This document shows, in pieces, positions 1-11,430 of a stretch of DNA of 64,000 bases. The position numbers and the translations under genes were made by a program. The stretch lies in NCBI GenBank assembly GCA_038087875.1, contig CM075993.1, positions 7,876,001 to 7,940,000 of the forward strand, written 5' to 3'. Origin of the DNA: Malacoraja senta (Eukaryota). The notes beneath the pieces were generated by a model, which did not search any database, had not been told where the DNA came from, and saw only the letters and a list, made by a program, of their open reading frames with translations. Within the stretch, counting starts at the first letter, position 1. Every line of letters begins with the position of its first letter.

Positions 1-180
1 TTCTCCGAGATCTTCGGTTTCCTCCCACACTCCAAAGACGTACAGAGTTGTAGGTTGATTGGCTTTGAGTAAATATATATTGTCCCTAGTGTGTGTAGGA
101 TAGCGTTAATACGTGGGGATCGCCGGTTGCCGCGGACTTAGTGGGCCGAAGGGCCTGTTTCCGCGCCAACTAAACTAATT
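1..180 (+). mobile_element. HE1-type V-SINE, cut by the window edge
   Basis: V-domain ggtttcctcccacactccaaagacg plus CR1-derived tail gtgggccgaagggcctgtttcc. Confidence 0.85.
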
Positions 181-1856
181 TAGTGAAAAGTTGTATTTGC
201 GCGAAGAGTCAGGCCAAATGGAGTAGAAGCCCACTGGAGTCCCAGACAGGCCCAGAAGGGACAAATTATTGACCTATTTTCAGTGATAAGGCCATTGTGA
301 ACTCATTGTGCCCATTCCAATTTCACAGAGTTGCGCATTAATTCTGAGAGTTGCACCAGAAAGAATGTACACGGATAAAGGCAGACAGACCGTCTTGGTG
401 TGAAGCGGAGCTGTGAATGCCTTGCTGGTCTATATTTAATTTGAAACATCTTCAAGCTGTCCAAAATGTGCAATAGTGCAGATTGTCCTGAAGGAAAAGA
501 TGGCAATGCCAAATAAAATGAGTGCAAGGTTGTTTTAAAACTGAACTTCTTTACTCAAGTGGTAAATTTGGAACGCATGGGATTGAAAATAAAAGTACTT
601 TAATATCTTAAGAATTGGGTCAGGTGCTATACTGGAAGATAAAAGCCAGCCACGGGATGACATATGAATGCTGACACATCGTCTTGTGGTATTGATCAGT
701 TCGGAGGCCGGTCTTGGTTGGACCATTACATGGACACCTCACTTGTGGTCCACGACAGCAAGTTTCAATTCCTGTTGCACACCAGTTGTAGGCACGGATC
801 ACTGTGGGCTCCCATTGAGTTGTAGTGTTAAGATGCTGCACGGTGGAGTAACTCAACCTTTGATGCAAGTTAATGCCTTAATAGTTAAGAAAATGTGGAA
901 GTTCAATCATAGAAGTTGTTTTCCAGTACTGACACTAACGTCAAAGCATCAATTGAATGGACTTTGCATTTCCTTTGGGGACCACTAAGATATATGTTGT
1001 GTTCTTGCTTAGTTTAATGCATGAATGAATGAAGGAAAGATACAGCATGGAAACAGACCTTCTGGGGACCACGCCGACTATAGACCACGAGTCCTGTGTT
1101 GTCCCACTTTCGGATCCGTTCCTTGCACACCAGGGGCAATTTAGAGGCCAATTAACCTCCAAATCCACACGTCTTTGGGATGTGGGAGAAAATCCAAAGG
1201 GAGAACGTGCAAACTCTGCACAGACAGCACCCAAGGCCAGGATTAAACCCGGGTTTCTGGTGTTGTGAGGCAGCTGCTCCACTGTGCCACAGAATTTAGA
1301 GTGGTGAGAATGGTCCATTATTGCTGGCTTTGTCAGGCCAGTTGGATTCCAGCTGTGATATTCATGGCGCTAACTCTACAGTGTTGCGGCACTCATGAAT
1401 TTGGTCTTGCACCATCGTATGATAGTGCTCTCATAAAATTAATTAGGATAAAGATTGGGAAAGATGATTTAGTGAGCATGCACTTTGAACAGTGTCATTG
1501 TTTGAGGTAGTGGAAGGCTGTGCAGAGTGACGTGATGGGTTGCAAGTGAACAATAATTAGTTGTCTGGTCACTCCATTCAGTGCTTGAAACCATAGCTCA
1601 GACAGTGTTTCAGTGCCTTCCCTTCCCAAAAGTTTTAAAAAATGAAGATAGACACAAAAAGCTGGAGTAACCCAGCGGGTCAGATAGAAACATCATCTAT
1701 TCCTTTTCTTCAGAGATGCTGTCTGACCCGCTGAGTTACTCCAGCTTTTTGTGTCTATATCTTTAGTGTAAAGCAGCATCTGCAATTCCTTCCTACACAG
1801 TAAAAAAACAAGAACTATAAATCAAAAGCTGGCTGTTAACCCAACGAGAGATGTGC

Positions 1857-2325
1857 ACGACAGGTTAATTCCCGGGATGGCAGGACTGTCATATGCTGAG
1901 AGAATGGAGCAGCTGGGCTTGTACACGCTGGAGTTTAGAAGGATGAGAGGATATCTCATTGAAACATATAAGATTGTTAAGGGTTTGGACACGCTAGAGG
2001 CAGGAAACATGTTCCCGATGTTGGGGGAGTCCAGAACCAGGGGCCACAGTTTAAGAATAAGGAGTAAGCCATTTAGAACGGAGACAAGGAACAGAGAGTG
2101 GTGAGTCTGTGGAATTCTCTGCCTCAGAGGGCGGTGGAGGCAGGTTCTCTGGATGCTTTCAAGAGAGAGCTAGATAGGGCTCTTAAAAATAGCGGAGTCA
2201 GGGGATATAGGGAGAAGGCAGGAACGGGGTACTGATTGGGGATGATCAGCCATGATCACATTGAATGGCGGTGCTGGCTCGAAGGGCCGAATGGCCTACT
2301 CCTGCACCCATTGTCTATTGTTTAT
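1857..2325 (+). mobile_element. CR1 LINE 3' fragment
   Basis: RLIPGMAGLSYAERMEQLGLYTLEFRRMRG peptide plus the CR1 3' UTR. Confidence 0.9.
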
Positions 2326-3210
2326 TGACACAGTGCGGACGTCGACTTGATTTAATTATTACATTAGACTGAATATCAAATTGTGTACCTGCTGTCTGTT
2401 TGTTTTGGGCGAAGGCTCTTACTATCATGGGGTTTCTTCAGGAATGGATTGAGGTGTTCAGGAAGATGCTAGTTCCCATTCCTCTAGGACCTGCCCACCA
2501 TTGCAGACCATTGATGGTCTCCGTGGTATGTGGGAGGGGTGGGTGAGGCGGGACAACATGCTCCGACTGGCGACTGCATTTCCCTGCATTGCAGCCGTGC
2601 TTTGCTCGGCTATGAAGTGAGCGAAAGTCACAGCTGGGGAACAAGCCCTCAACTAACTCACCGAGTCCACGCCGACCATTGATCACCTTTCCACGCCAGT
2701 TCTCTGTTATCCCACTTTCCCAACCACTCCCTACATCACGGAGTGATATAGAGGCCAATCAACTTGCATACTCGCATGTCTTTGGGAGGTGGGAGCACCC
2801 GGAGTCACAGGGAGAACGTGCAAACTCCACACAGACAGCACCCAAAGTCAGGATCAACACATGTCTCTGGCGCGGTGCAGCTATAATAATGCTGCCTCTA
2901 GCATGACTCCATTGCGATTTCTAAAAGAATCTTCTTTTCACCTGGAGTTTCCTGACAACCTTCCAGAGGCCGGGATCTGTGCTACCTCGGAAAAGCAAGC
3001 GGACCCTCAGAAACGAGAACTCCACATAAGGCCCCCCTTGTCTCAAACCTCTTTCAACCATCCAGCCACCAGGGTCAACATTATGTTCCCAGCATGTGGC
3101 ACACCTAGACTCAGAGGAGGTGCTGGCAAGGAGTCATCGTGGACGCCGCATACAAGTGCCTGCTCTCGGGTTATGGTCCCAGGCAGTTAAGAGAGGTGTG
3201 TTGCGTCTTT

Positions 3211-3301
3211 GTCTGCCGGGGTGCCTGAGCCTGTGTCTCCACGTCTGTCTGAGTGTCCGTGCCTGTCTGCCGGGGTGTCTGTGCCTGCGTCTCCACGTCT
3301 G
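3211..3301. repeat. Short imperfect direct repeat (period about 54 bp)
   Basis: gtctgccggggtg.ctg.gcctg.gtctccacgtctg occurs twice. Confidence 0.6.
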
Positions 3302-3302
3302 C

Positions 3303-3738
3303 CCAGACCATCACACAAACCAACCTTCCTTCTATTGACTCCGTTTATACCTCACGCTACCTCAGCAAGGCCAGCAGCATAATCAAGCATGAATCGCACC
3401 CTGGCCACTCCTTCTTCTCCCCTCTCCCATCAGTCAAAGGTATAGATGTGTGAAAGTTCACATCTCCAGATCCAGGGACAGTTTCTTCCCAGCCGTTATT
3501 AGGCAACTGAATCATCCTACCACAAACAGAGAGCAATGCTGAACTACTAAATACCTCTTTGGTGACCCTTGGGCTATCCTTGACCGGACTTGCACTAAAC
3601 GTTATTCCCTTATCATGTATCTATACACTGTGAATGGATTGATTGGAATCATGTGTTGTCTTTCTGCTAACTGGTTAGCAGGCAACAAACAGCGGTTCAC
3701 TGTACCTTGGTGCACGTGACAATAAACTAAACTGAACT
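3303..3738 (+). mobile_element. Rex1/Babar-type LINE 3' fragment (other remnants at about 11430-11590 -, 11850-11950 -, 40240-40540 +)
   Basis: AQTITQTNLPSIDSVYTSR...ASSIIK.ESHPGHSFFSPLPS...DSFFPAVIRQLN; stem-loop and (aaact)n tail. Confidence 0.78.
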
Positions 3739-3848
3739 GCCTTGGTGCCCACGCCTGTGTCTTCACACCTGCCTCGATCCCACTGGAGCCTCCATTGAAT
3801 GCTGGAGTGAGCTGTGGTGTAACGCCTGTTGTCTGCTTTGTTTTGCAG

Positions 3849-3913
3849 TGTGCTCGGTCACTGTTCTTGGGGAGAGCGACGTGATGCAGGAATTCCTGGC
3901 GGACTCCAGTGAG
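3849..3913 (+). CDS. SNX27: SNX27-like coding exon (end of PX domain): (V)CSVTVLGESDVMQEFLADSSE
   Basis: Acceptor ttttgcag|, donor |gtaagc, 65 nt. Peptide matches recalled SNX27 [22 protein letters not shown]. Upstream PDZ/PX exons lie outside the window. Confidence 0.9.
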
Positions 3914-3934
3914 GTAAGCCCGCCAAGAGGGTGT

Positions 3935-4230
3935 TTAGTTTAGAGATGCAGCGCGGAAACACACCCTTTGGCCCACCGAGTCCGCGCCGACCATCGATCC
4001 CCGCGCACTAACACTATCCTACACACACTCGGGACAATTTACAATTTTACCAAGTCAATGAGCCGGCAAACCTGTGCATCTTTGGAGTGTGGGAGGAAAC
4101 CGGAGCAACCGGAGAAAACCCACGCAGGTCACGGGGAGAACATACAAACACCGTACAGACAGCACCCATCGTTAGGATTGAACCTGGTTCTCTGGCACTG
4201 TAAGGAAGTAACTATCGCTGCGCCACTGTG
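3935..4230 (-). mobile_element. HE1-type tRNA-derived V-SINE (further minus copies at about 1040-1290, 2650-2880, 12840-13155, 18535-18822, 34385-34615, 37445-37730)
   Basis: tRNA-like head with A/B boxes, V-domain, CR1-like tail and (aaact)n end. Confidence 0.85.
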
Positions 4231-4979
4231 CTGCTCGGTGAAGCAGAGGCCAGCTTTATCCCGGGTTCAGTAATCAGTAGTTACTGTGGGAACAGTCATT
4301 CAGCGTCATGAGCCTGTCTGCACTTCAGATCATGGCAACCCACCCCTCTGATACCTTCAACTCTCAGCCTAAGGAAGGTTGCATCTTATTGTGGACTTTC
4401 CCACGAGCAGTGACTTCTTTAACCTTGTAATCTTGTGATCTTTTTAAGCAGCTCAGTTAGATAAGATTCAGGATGTTTGTAGTTCTCGGTTAATTTAAAA
4501 TCAAAATGTGCCAGTTCCTGTTCCCCGGCATAAGTATGAGGTGAAGTGATTTTTTCTAACTGTAAAATTGTAACCAAAAGTCAATGTGATTAATGTGCCC
4601 TGTGTTTCTGTTGGGGAAGAGTGAATGGAGCTTCATTGCCACTTGTATGCAGAGTTGGCACGGAGTGCAGCGGCATCTGATGTAGAGTGAGGGGGTGGTG
4701 AACAGTAAAGCATTCTCCGCTGTGCCGTGACTGCTGTGAAACGTGACCCTTATTCATAAGACCAGAGAATGACGCAGCAGAGAAAGAGGTTGTTCAGGCC
4801 TTTGTAGCCATGTCGAGTTCTTTGGTAAAAAGACATCTTAGTTCCCCTGTTTTTTATCGCCCCCACCCCCACCCCCCAACTACAAACTCTCAAATATTTA
4901 TCTAATAGTCAGGGGGGGAAGGGATAAGAGAGATGTAGAAGGCATATTGACTTCGTAGTGACAGCGTACGTTCACGAGA

Positions 4980-5392
4980 TTGATCCTTGGGATGGCGGGA
5001 CTGTCATATGAGGAAAGATTGAAAAGATATAAAAGGACTGGACAAGCTAGATGCAGGAAAAATGTTCCCAATGTGGGGCGAGTCCAGAACCAGGGGCCAC
5101 AGTCCTTAGAATAAAGGAGAGGTCATTTAAGACTGAGGTGAGAAAAAACGTTTTCACCCAGAGAGTTGTGAATTTGTGGAATTCCCTGCCACAGAGGGCA
5201 GTGGAGGCCAAGTCACTGGATGGATTTAAGAGAGAGTTAGATAGAGCTCTAGGGGCTAGTGGAGTCAAGGGATATGGGGAGAAGGCAGGCACGGGTTATT
5301 GATAGGGGAAGATCAGCCATGATCACAATGAATGGCGGTGCTGGCTCAAAGGGCCAAATGGCCTCCTCCTGCACCTATTTTCTATGTTTCTA
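4980..5392 (+). mobile_element. CR1 LINE 3' fragment (another at about 5713-6035)
   Basis: FTQRVVNLWNSLP...GYGEKAGTGY; ttctatg tail. Confidence 0.88.
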
Positions 5393-6594
5393 TATAGGAC
5401 ACATGAATGAAAGATATGCATTTGTCCTATACGTTCTAAATCTCTTGTTTCTCTTTCCCCTGACTCTCATTCTAAAGAACGTCACATATTCCTTTTCTCC
5501 AGAGAAACTCAGCTGTCTGACACGCTGAGTGACTCCACCTTTTTGTGTCTATCTTTCAGTTAAACCAGCATCTGCAGTTCCGTCCTACAAATATTTACCT
5601 AATGCCATTTTGAAAGTTAGTGTCTATCTGCTTTTACAATCCATTCAGGCCACATGTCTGAATCTGTGAGCATTCTTCTCACCTTCAATTCTTCAAGACA
5701 TTTGTGTTAAATCAGGAAACATGTTCCCGATGTTGGGGGTGTCTAGAACCAGGGGCCACGGTTTAAGAATAAGGAGTAAGCCATTTAGAACGGAGACGAG
5801 GAAACACTTTTTTTCACAGAGAGTGGTGAGTCTGTGGAGTTCTCTGCCTCAGAGGGCGGAGGAGGCAGGTTCACTGGATGCTTTCAAGAGAGAGCTAGAT
5901 AGGGCTCTTAAAAATAGCGGAGTCAGGGGAGAAGGCAGGAACGGGGTACTGATTGGGGATGATCAGCCATGATCACATTGAATGGCGGTGCTGGCTCGAA
6001 GGGCCAATGGCCTACTCCTGCACCTATTGTCTATTGTACTCTTTGCTTGCCTTTCTGCCAGTGGAAATACATTATCCTTAATTACCAACTCTTTTATGAC
6101 TCTGAACATCGCCCCTCAATCTTCCTGTAATTTTCTATACAATGTGGAGAACAGTCTCGGTTTCCCTCGACTTTTCAAGTCATTGTTCCTCCATCTGCTT
6201 CATTTCTCAAGGGTTTGGCTTCCTTCCCAAACAGAGATGGTGTGCACAAAAGGCCACAATATTCCAACTGGGATGTTAGTAATGTCTAACAAGTAAGCAA
6301 GTCGGGATCGCAAGACAGGGATCCAAAAAAACAGGGGATGGGTTTAATTGACAAAGCAGAGATTGAGATTCGGTGAACATAGTATCCTGACGGTGTCTGA
6401 ATGTCACCATGAATATGGGCCAGTTGTACTTCACTCGTACTTACTTTTCATTCATAGTTGAAAGTAATCAACATGGCCCTCATAGGTAGACATAAATGCT
6501 GGAGAAACTCAGCGGGTGCGGCAGCATCTATGGAGCGAAGGAATAGGTGACGATTCGGGTCAAGACCCTTCTTCAGACTGATGTCATGCTCTTT

Positions 6595-7345
6595 TAGTTT
6601 AGGTTAGAGTTACAGCGTGGAGACGCGCCCCCCTCTGCACACCAAGTCTGTGCCGACCAGCGATCACCCATTCGCTAGTTCTACCCTGCACACTAGGGAC
6701 AATTTACAGAAACCAATTATCCTGCAAACCTGCACATCTTTGGAATGTCGATGGAAACAAGAGCACCCGGAGAAAACCCACATGGTCATAGAGAGAACGT
6801 ACAAACTACATTCAATACCGGTAGTCAGGATCGAGCCCTGGTCTCTGGCACTGTAAAGGGCCTGTCCCACTTGGCCGTCATTAGCGCCTCATTTACGCGT
6901 CATATGTAAAATAGGTCGATGCGCGACATCGCGCGCAAATCACGTGTCAGCACAGCCGTCTGGTGCGTGTGACATCATTAGAATACCCTGCGTCGCGCGG
7001 CAGGACGTTGACGCACGGTGACGTAACCATGCGCCACCACGCGATACACGTGAGACGTCGGGATGCCAGAGCACAACGCCAATGCGTCAGCGTGTGTGCC
7101 CAATGCGTCAGCGTGCATACGTGATGCGTCACGCAGGTGGCGCGCGAGGATTTTGTTCCTGTACTAAATCCTGGAGCGCCGCGTGATACCGCGTGCCACT
7201 GCATACGATTCCACGCCTCACCATCTGCAACGCATGCGCACCTCACGCGTCACGACGCGTCAACCTAATTTACATATGACGTGTAAATGACGGCCAAGTG
7301 GGACAGGCCCTTAAGGCAGCAACTCTATTGCTGAGCCACTGTGTC
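6595..7345 (-). mobile_element. V-SINE interrupted by a Harbinger-type MITE
   Basis: SINE head ggcactgtaa|ggcagcaactc is split at TAA. Confidence 0.85.
6857..7311. mobile_element. PIF/Harbinger-type MITE
   Basis: TIR agggcctgtcccacttggccgtcatt; TAA TSD at 6854-6856 and 7312-7314; CpG-rich interior. Confidence 0.88.
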
Positions 7346-7929
7346 ACCTCTTATCTTTCGTTTGCTCTAATTGGATTACATTGCTGAATTGCTTGGACAT
7401 GCCCAACATTTGGTGATCAATTTAGATGTTCCGGTTATAACAAAATGTAGGATGTTTAAGTATATATAGAACTTAAAAAAAAAAAAATGATGGCCGCAGG
7501 GAGAGCCTACAAACTCCGTAGAGACAGCACCCGTAGTCAGCCTGGAATATTTTTGGGAGATTTGTATTTGTTACTATTTGCACAACCTCCAGCGTTCCAA
7601 AACAGATAATACTTGTGAAGCATATTATTGGAATAATCTGATGATCAGTTTTGGCGTAATCCTTTCCCCAGAATAGTAAAGTACAAGCCTAGAGGCATAG
7701 CTTTAAGGTGAGGGGGACAAAGTTCAAAAGGAGATGTGCAGGACAAGTTTTTTTTACTCTGGATCCCGCTGCCTGGGGTTGTTGTGGAGGCAGATACAGC
7801 AGTGGCATTTACGAAGGTTTTAGAGAAGCACATGGATTGTCAGAGAATGGAGGGAGATGGCACAGATTAATTTCTCACCGCATCCTATTGAGGACGGACA
7901 TTGTGGGCCGAAGGGCCTGCTCCTCTGCA

Positions 7930-8157
7930 TCGGGGGGGGGGGGGGGGAGAGAGTGCAGTGGAGAGATACGTTTTTTTTGCCTTCCATCACAGCGCTGTGA
8001 TGGATGTATGTGTAAATTGTGTTGTGTCTTGAGTCTTCTTCGTTGTGTAATGTATGGCTGCAGAAACGACATTTCGTTTGGACCTCAACGGGGTCCAAAT
8101 GACAAATTTGTCCAAAAGACAAATAAAAATGGTATTGTATTGTATAATTGTATTGTA
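7930..8157 (+). mobile_element. 3' end of a non-LTR element with stem-loop and (TTGTA)n tail (a similar-type minus-strand end at about 14977-15190)
   Basis: ttggacctcaacggggtccaa hairpin, aataaa, ttgta repeats. Confidence 0.55.
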
Positions 8158-9619
8158 CCATTCTGTGTTCCAGACAGCCCTTGTGCTTTGTAGCTCTGCC
8201 CATCCGAGGGGGACAGCCAGAGCCTCTAGTTTATTATCTCACCCCAAAGATGAGCCCAGAACCCTAGCTGGAACCAAAGTACTTCTCAGAGAGCCTCATA
8301 AATTAGTCCGCCACTGATATACTTGTCATATTTCTGGTTGAATAATCCACAAGTTGTTGTCACTGGCCCTGGAGGGAAGGAGTGTCCACTGCCTCTCACA
8401 CTGGATATCTTTATAATTGCCCCATCTCCAGCCAGCATTTATTCTGCTTCATGGCTCTCATCACATTAATCGGTTTTGACTTAAGTTGGTCGGCACGAAC
8501 TGAATCTCATGTATTGTGGGAAACGAGATGCTGGGGGCTATAGAGGTTGAATTCTGCTGAATGTGTGATCTTGGGATCTTTTTGGTTCATTAACTTTCTG
8601 CTTCGGGTCTCACTGATTAGAGATTGGAAATCCCTTCTTGAGTACTTGGTGATAGGAACGGAGAAAGACGAGAATCCGATTTTGAATTTCCTACAATCCT
8701 TTGTTCCCGTGCGATCTCTACAGGCAGTAAGTTTGGAGAGGCAAGCTGGGTTGTTTCAACTATGTATTGTCAGCAGTATTTACACCTGGCTCTGTATTCC
8801 CCCTGGATTACTGCTCGAGTCAGAGGGATCTCCAACTGGCCAGGGCCGTCAGACTGTAGTGGCTATAATCCAGTCTAGGCCCTGGGTGCAAACTGCAGCA
8901 GGCTCTGTCTACTATCGAATCCTTGAACGTAAAGTAACGACCAAAAACTGCATTTGTCAACCACAGTGTGGGGATTGTATGTGGACAGTTTTACTCTGGC
9001 TGGATAACTGATCCAAATCTCCACAGGCCCATTCTTTGGAAAGTGAGCCGGCATGTCACACACATGACCAGCCACCTTGGACCTCTTACCCTAAACAAAC
9101 CGTGTCAGCATAACATATAAAAATTTCACTTGATAAACCGAAAAAAATATGAGTCGTATGTGCAGGACAAAACAATATGCCTGCAATGCTTTCAGAATTA
9201 GAAAGAGATGTATTCCACAATTTCCCCCCTCATTTTTGGTCACACACGTGACAGACTGGGCCTGCAGCCCATATATGAAGGCGTCCATCAAGTTGTCCAT
9301 CATTTCTGCACTCACCGATCTACATTGACTCTTGGACTACGAGTCTTCCAGTTATAAAATATTGAAATTCTCTGCTGAAAGCCCTCCACCCTTTGCTGCC
9401 CACCATAACAATGCCCCCCCCCCCCCCCTGGCCCAATATGTGATGATACCAAGTTTTATGATTGCTCCCGGGATGTGTTCACCGATGTTTTACTGTGCCC
9501 TACAAGTCTTGTGAATACGAGTCGTTCACTAACCGATACGTGGGCCAGTTTGGTCAGAGCTTCGCATCGGCAGGGTGGGAAAGCCTTAGGCGGTCCAATC
9601 AGTGAGATGAGGAGCTTAA

Positions 9620-9928
9620 TGGGCCTGTCCCCACTGTACGAGTTTACCCAAGAGCTCTCCCGAGTTAAAAAAAAAATCAAACTCATGGTAAGCACGTAGA
9701 ATGTACGTTGCGGGTACGTCGGAGCTCGGGACGTCTCTTAGCGGCTCGTAACGCTAACGGCAGGTACTCTGGAAACGCGGTAAGCTCGTGAAGATTTTTT
9801 CAACATGTTGAAAAATGTCCACGAGAGCCCCGAGTACCCACGAGCGGATATTACCGTAATTCTCCTAGTTCGAATCAGGGGAAAGTCGGGAGAACTCTTG
9901 AATTAGCTCGTACAGTGGGACAGCCCCA
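9620..9928. mobile_element. PIF/Harbinger-type MITE
   Basis: Imperfect TIR tgggcctgtccc(c)actgtacgag; TAA TSD. Confidence 0.85.
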
Positions 9929-10066
9929 TAAACCAGGTGAAGAAAGGAGAGCAAACGTGAGCGAGGGCCCATGGCAGTGAAGAGGAGAAAGGGATTGGCC
10001 CGGGATGGAGTGGGACAACAGCGGGGAAGGTGAGTGGGTCGCAGGGTCAAGTCTCGTTGAGTTTAT

Positions 10067-10255
10067 CGTGTAGGAAGGAACTGCAGGTTCTGGTTTAAAC
10101 CAACGATAGACACCAAAATGCTGGAGTAACGCAGCGGGACAGGCAACATCTCTAGAGAGAAGGAATGGCTGACGTTTCTTCAGTCTGAAGAAGGGTCTCG
10201 ACCCGAAACGTCACCCACTCCTTCTCTCCAGAGATGCTGCCTGTGTGTATCTTCC
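10067..10255. mobile_element. PLE fold-back terminus (similar at about 1644-1799, 11622-11838, 19127-19582, 20062-20256, 39355-39757, 49705-50015, 50378-50720, 58989-59200)
   Basis: Inverted arms gctggagtaactcagcggg.caggcagcatctctggaga and reverse complement; single tail aaaccagcatctgcagttccttcctacac. Confidence 0.78.
10185..10212 (+). ncRNA. Minimal type I hammerhead ribozyme motif in a PLE pLTR (representative copy)
   Basis: CTGAAGA, extra A, stem II GGGT-ctcg-ACCC, GAAA, CGTC (palindromic ACGT, GUC cleavage triplet). Confidence 0.65.
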
Positions 10256-10744
10256 AGTTTATTGTCATGTGCATAGGTACGGTGAGGTGCAGGTACAATG
10301 CAAATCACAGCATCACAGGCACGGGGACTTGGAGCACACACACACAGCACAATTGCTGCCTCACAGGTACAGAGACCCGGGTTTGTTCCTGACTACGGGT
10401 GCTGTCTATACGCAGTTTGTACATTCTCCCTGTGACCATGTGGGTTTTCTCCGGGTGCTCTGGTTTCCTCCCACACTCCAAAGACGTACAGATTTGTAGG
10501 TAATTGGCTTTGGTAAGTTGTAAAATTGTCCCTAAAGTATGTAGGTTAGTGTATGGGGTGATCGCTGGTTGGCGCGGGGCTCAGGCCGAAGCGCCTGGTT
10601 TTTTGCTGTATCTGTAAAAACAAACAAAACCAGAAATTATACGTTAATGAATAATAAGAAAAATACTGCAGTGCAAAAACACAATTATAAAACAAGTCTG
10701 TGTTGGTGTACCCTTGCTGAAGCAGAATTACGGCTGTGCAGTTT

Positions 10745-11430
10745 CATAAATTCATAACTGATAGGTGCAGAATTAGACCATTCGGCCCCTCAAGTCTACG
10801 CCGCCATTCAATCATGGCTGATCCATCTTTCCCTCTTAACACCATTCTCCTGCCTTCGCCCCATAACCCCGGACACTCGTCCTAATCAAGTATCTATCTC
10901 TGCCGTAAAAATATCCATTGACGGCCTCCACAGATTTCTGTGGAAATGAATTCCGCAGATTCACCAGCCTCTGACTACATGGAAACAAAGAAAATAGGTG
11001 CAGCCCTTCGAGCCAGCACCGCCATTCTCAGAGGGTGGTGGAGGCCGGTTCTCTGGATACTTTCAAGAGAGAGCCAGATAGGGCTCTTAAAGATAGCGGA
11101 GTCAGGGGATATGGGGAGAAGGCAGGACGGGGTACTGATTGGGGATGATCAACCATGATCACATTGAATGGCGGTGCTGGCTCGAAGGGCCGAATGGCCT
11201 ACTCCTGCACCTATTGTCTATTATTGTCTGTTGTCCCAATATGATCATAGCTGATCATCCAAAATCAGTACACCGTTCCTGCTTTTTCCCCCCATATCCC
11301 TTGATTCCTTTAGCCCTAAGAGCTAAATCTCACTGAAGAAATTGCTCCTCATCTCCTTCCTAAACAAGCGCCCTTTAATTCTGAGGTGATGACCTCTGGT
11401 CCTAGACTCTCCACATCTAATCTATCCAGG
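10745..11430. mobile_element. Three nested CR1 3' fragments
   Basis: Minus fragment interrupted at about 10978 by a second minus fragment, itself interrupted at about 11027-11236 by a plus fragment. Confidence 0.75.

Noticed and set aside
181..3848. Upstream SNX27 PX/PDZ exons
   Set aside because: No matching peptide found; they presumably lie left of the window
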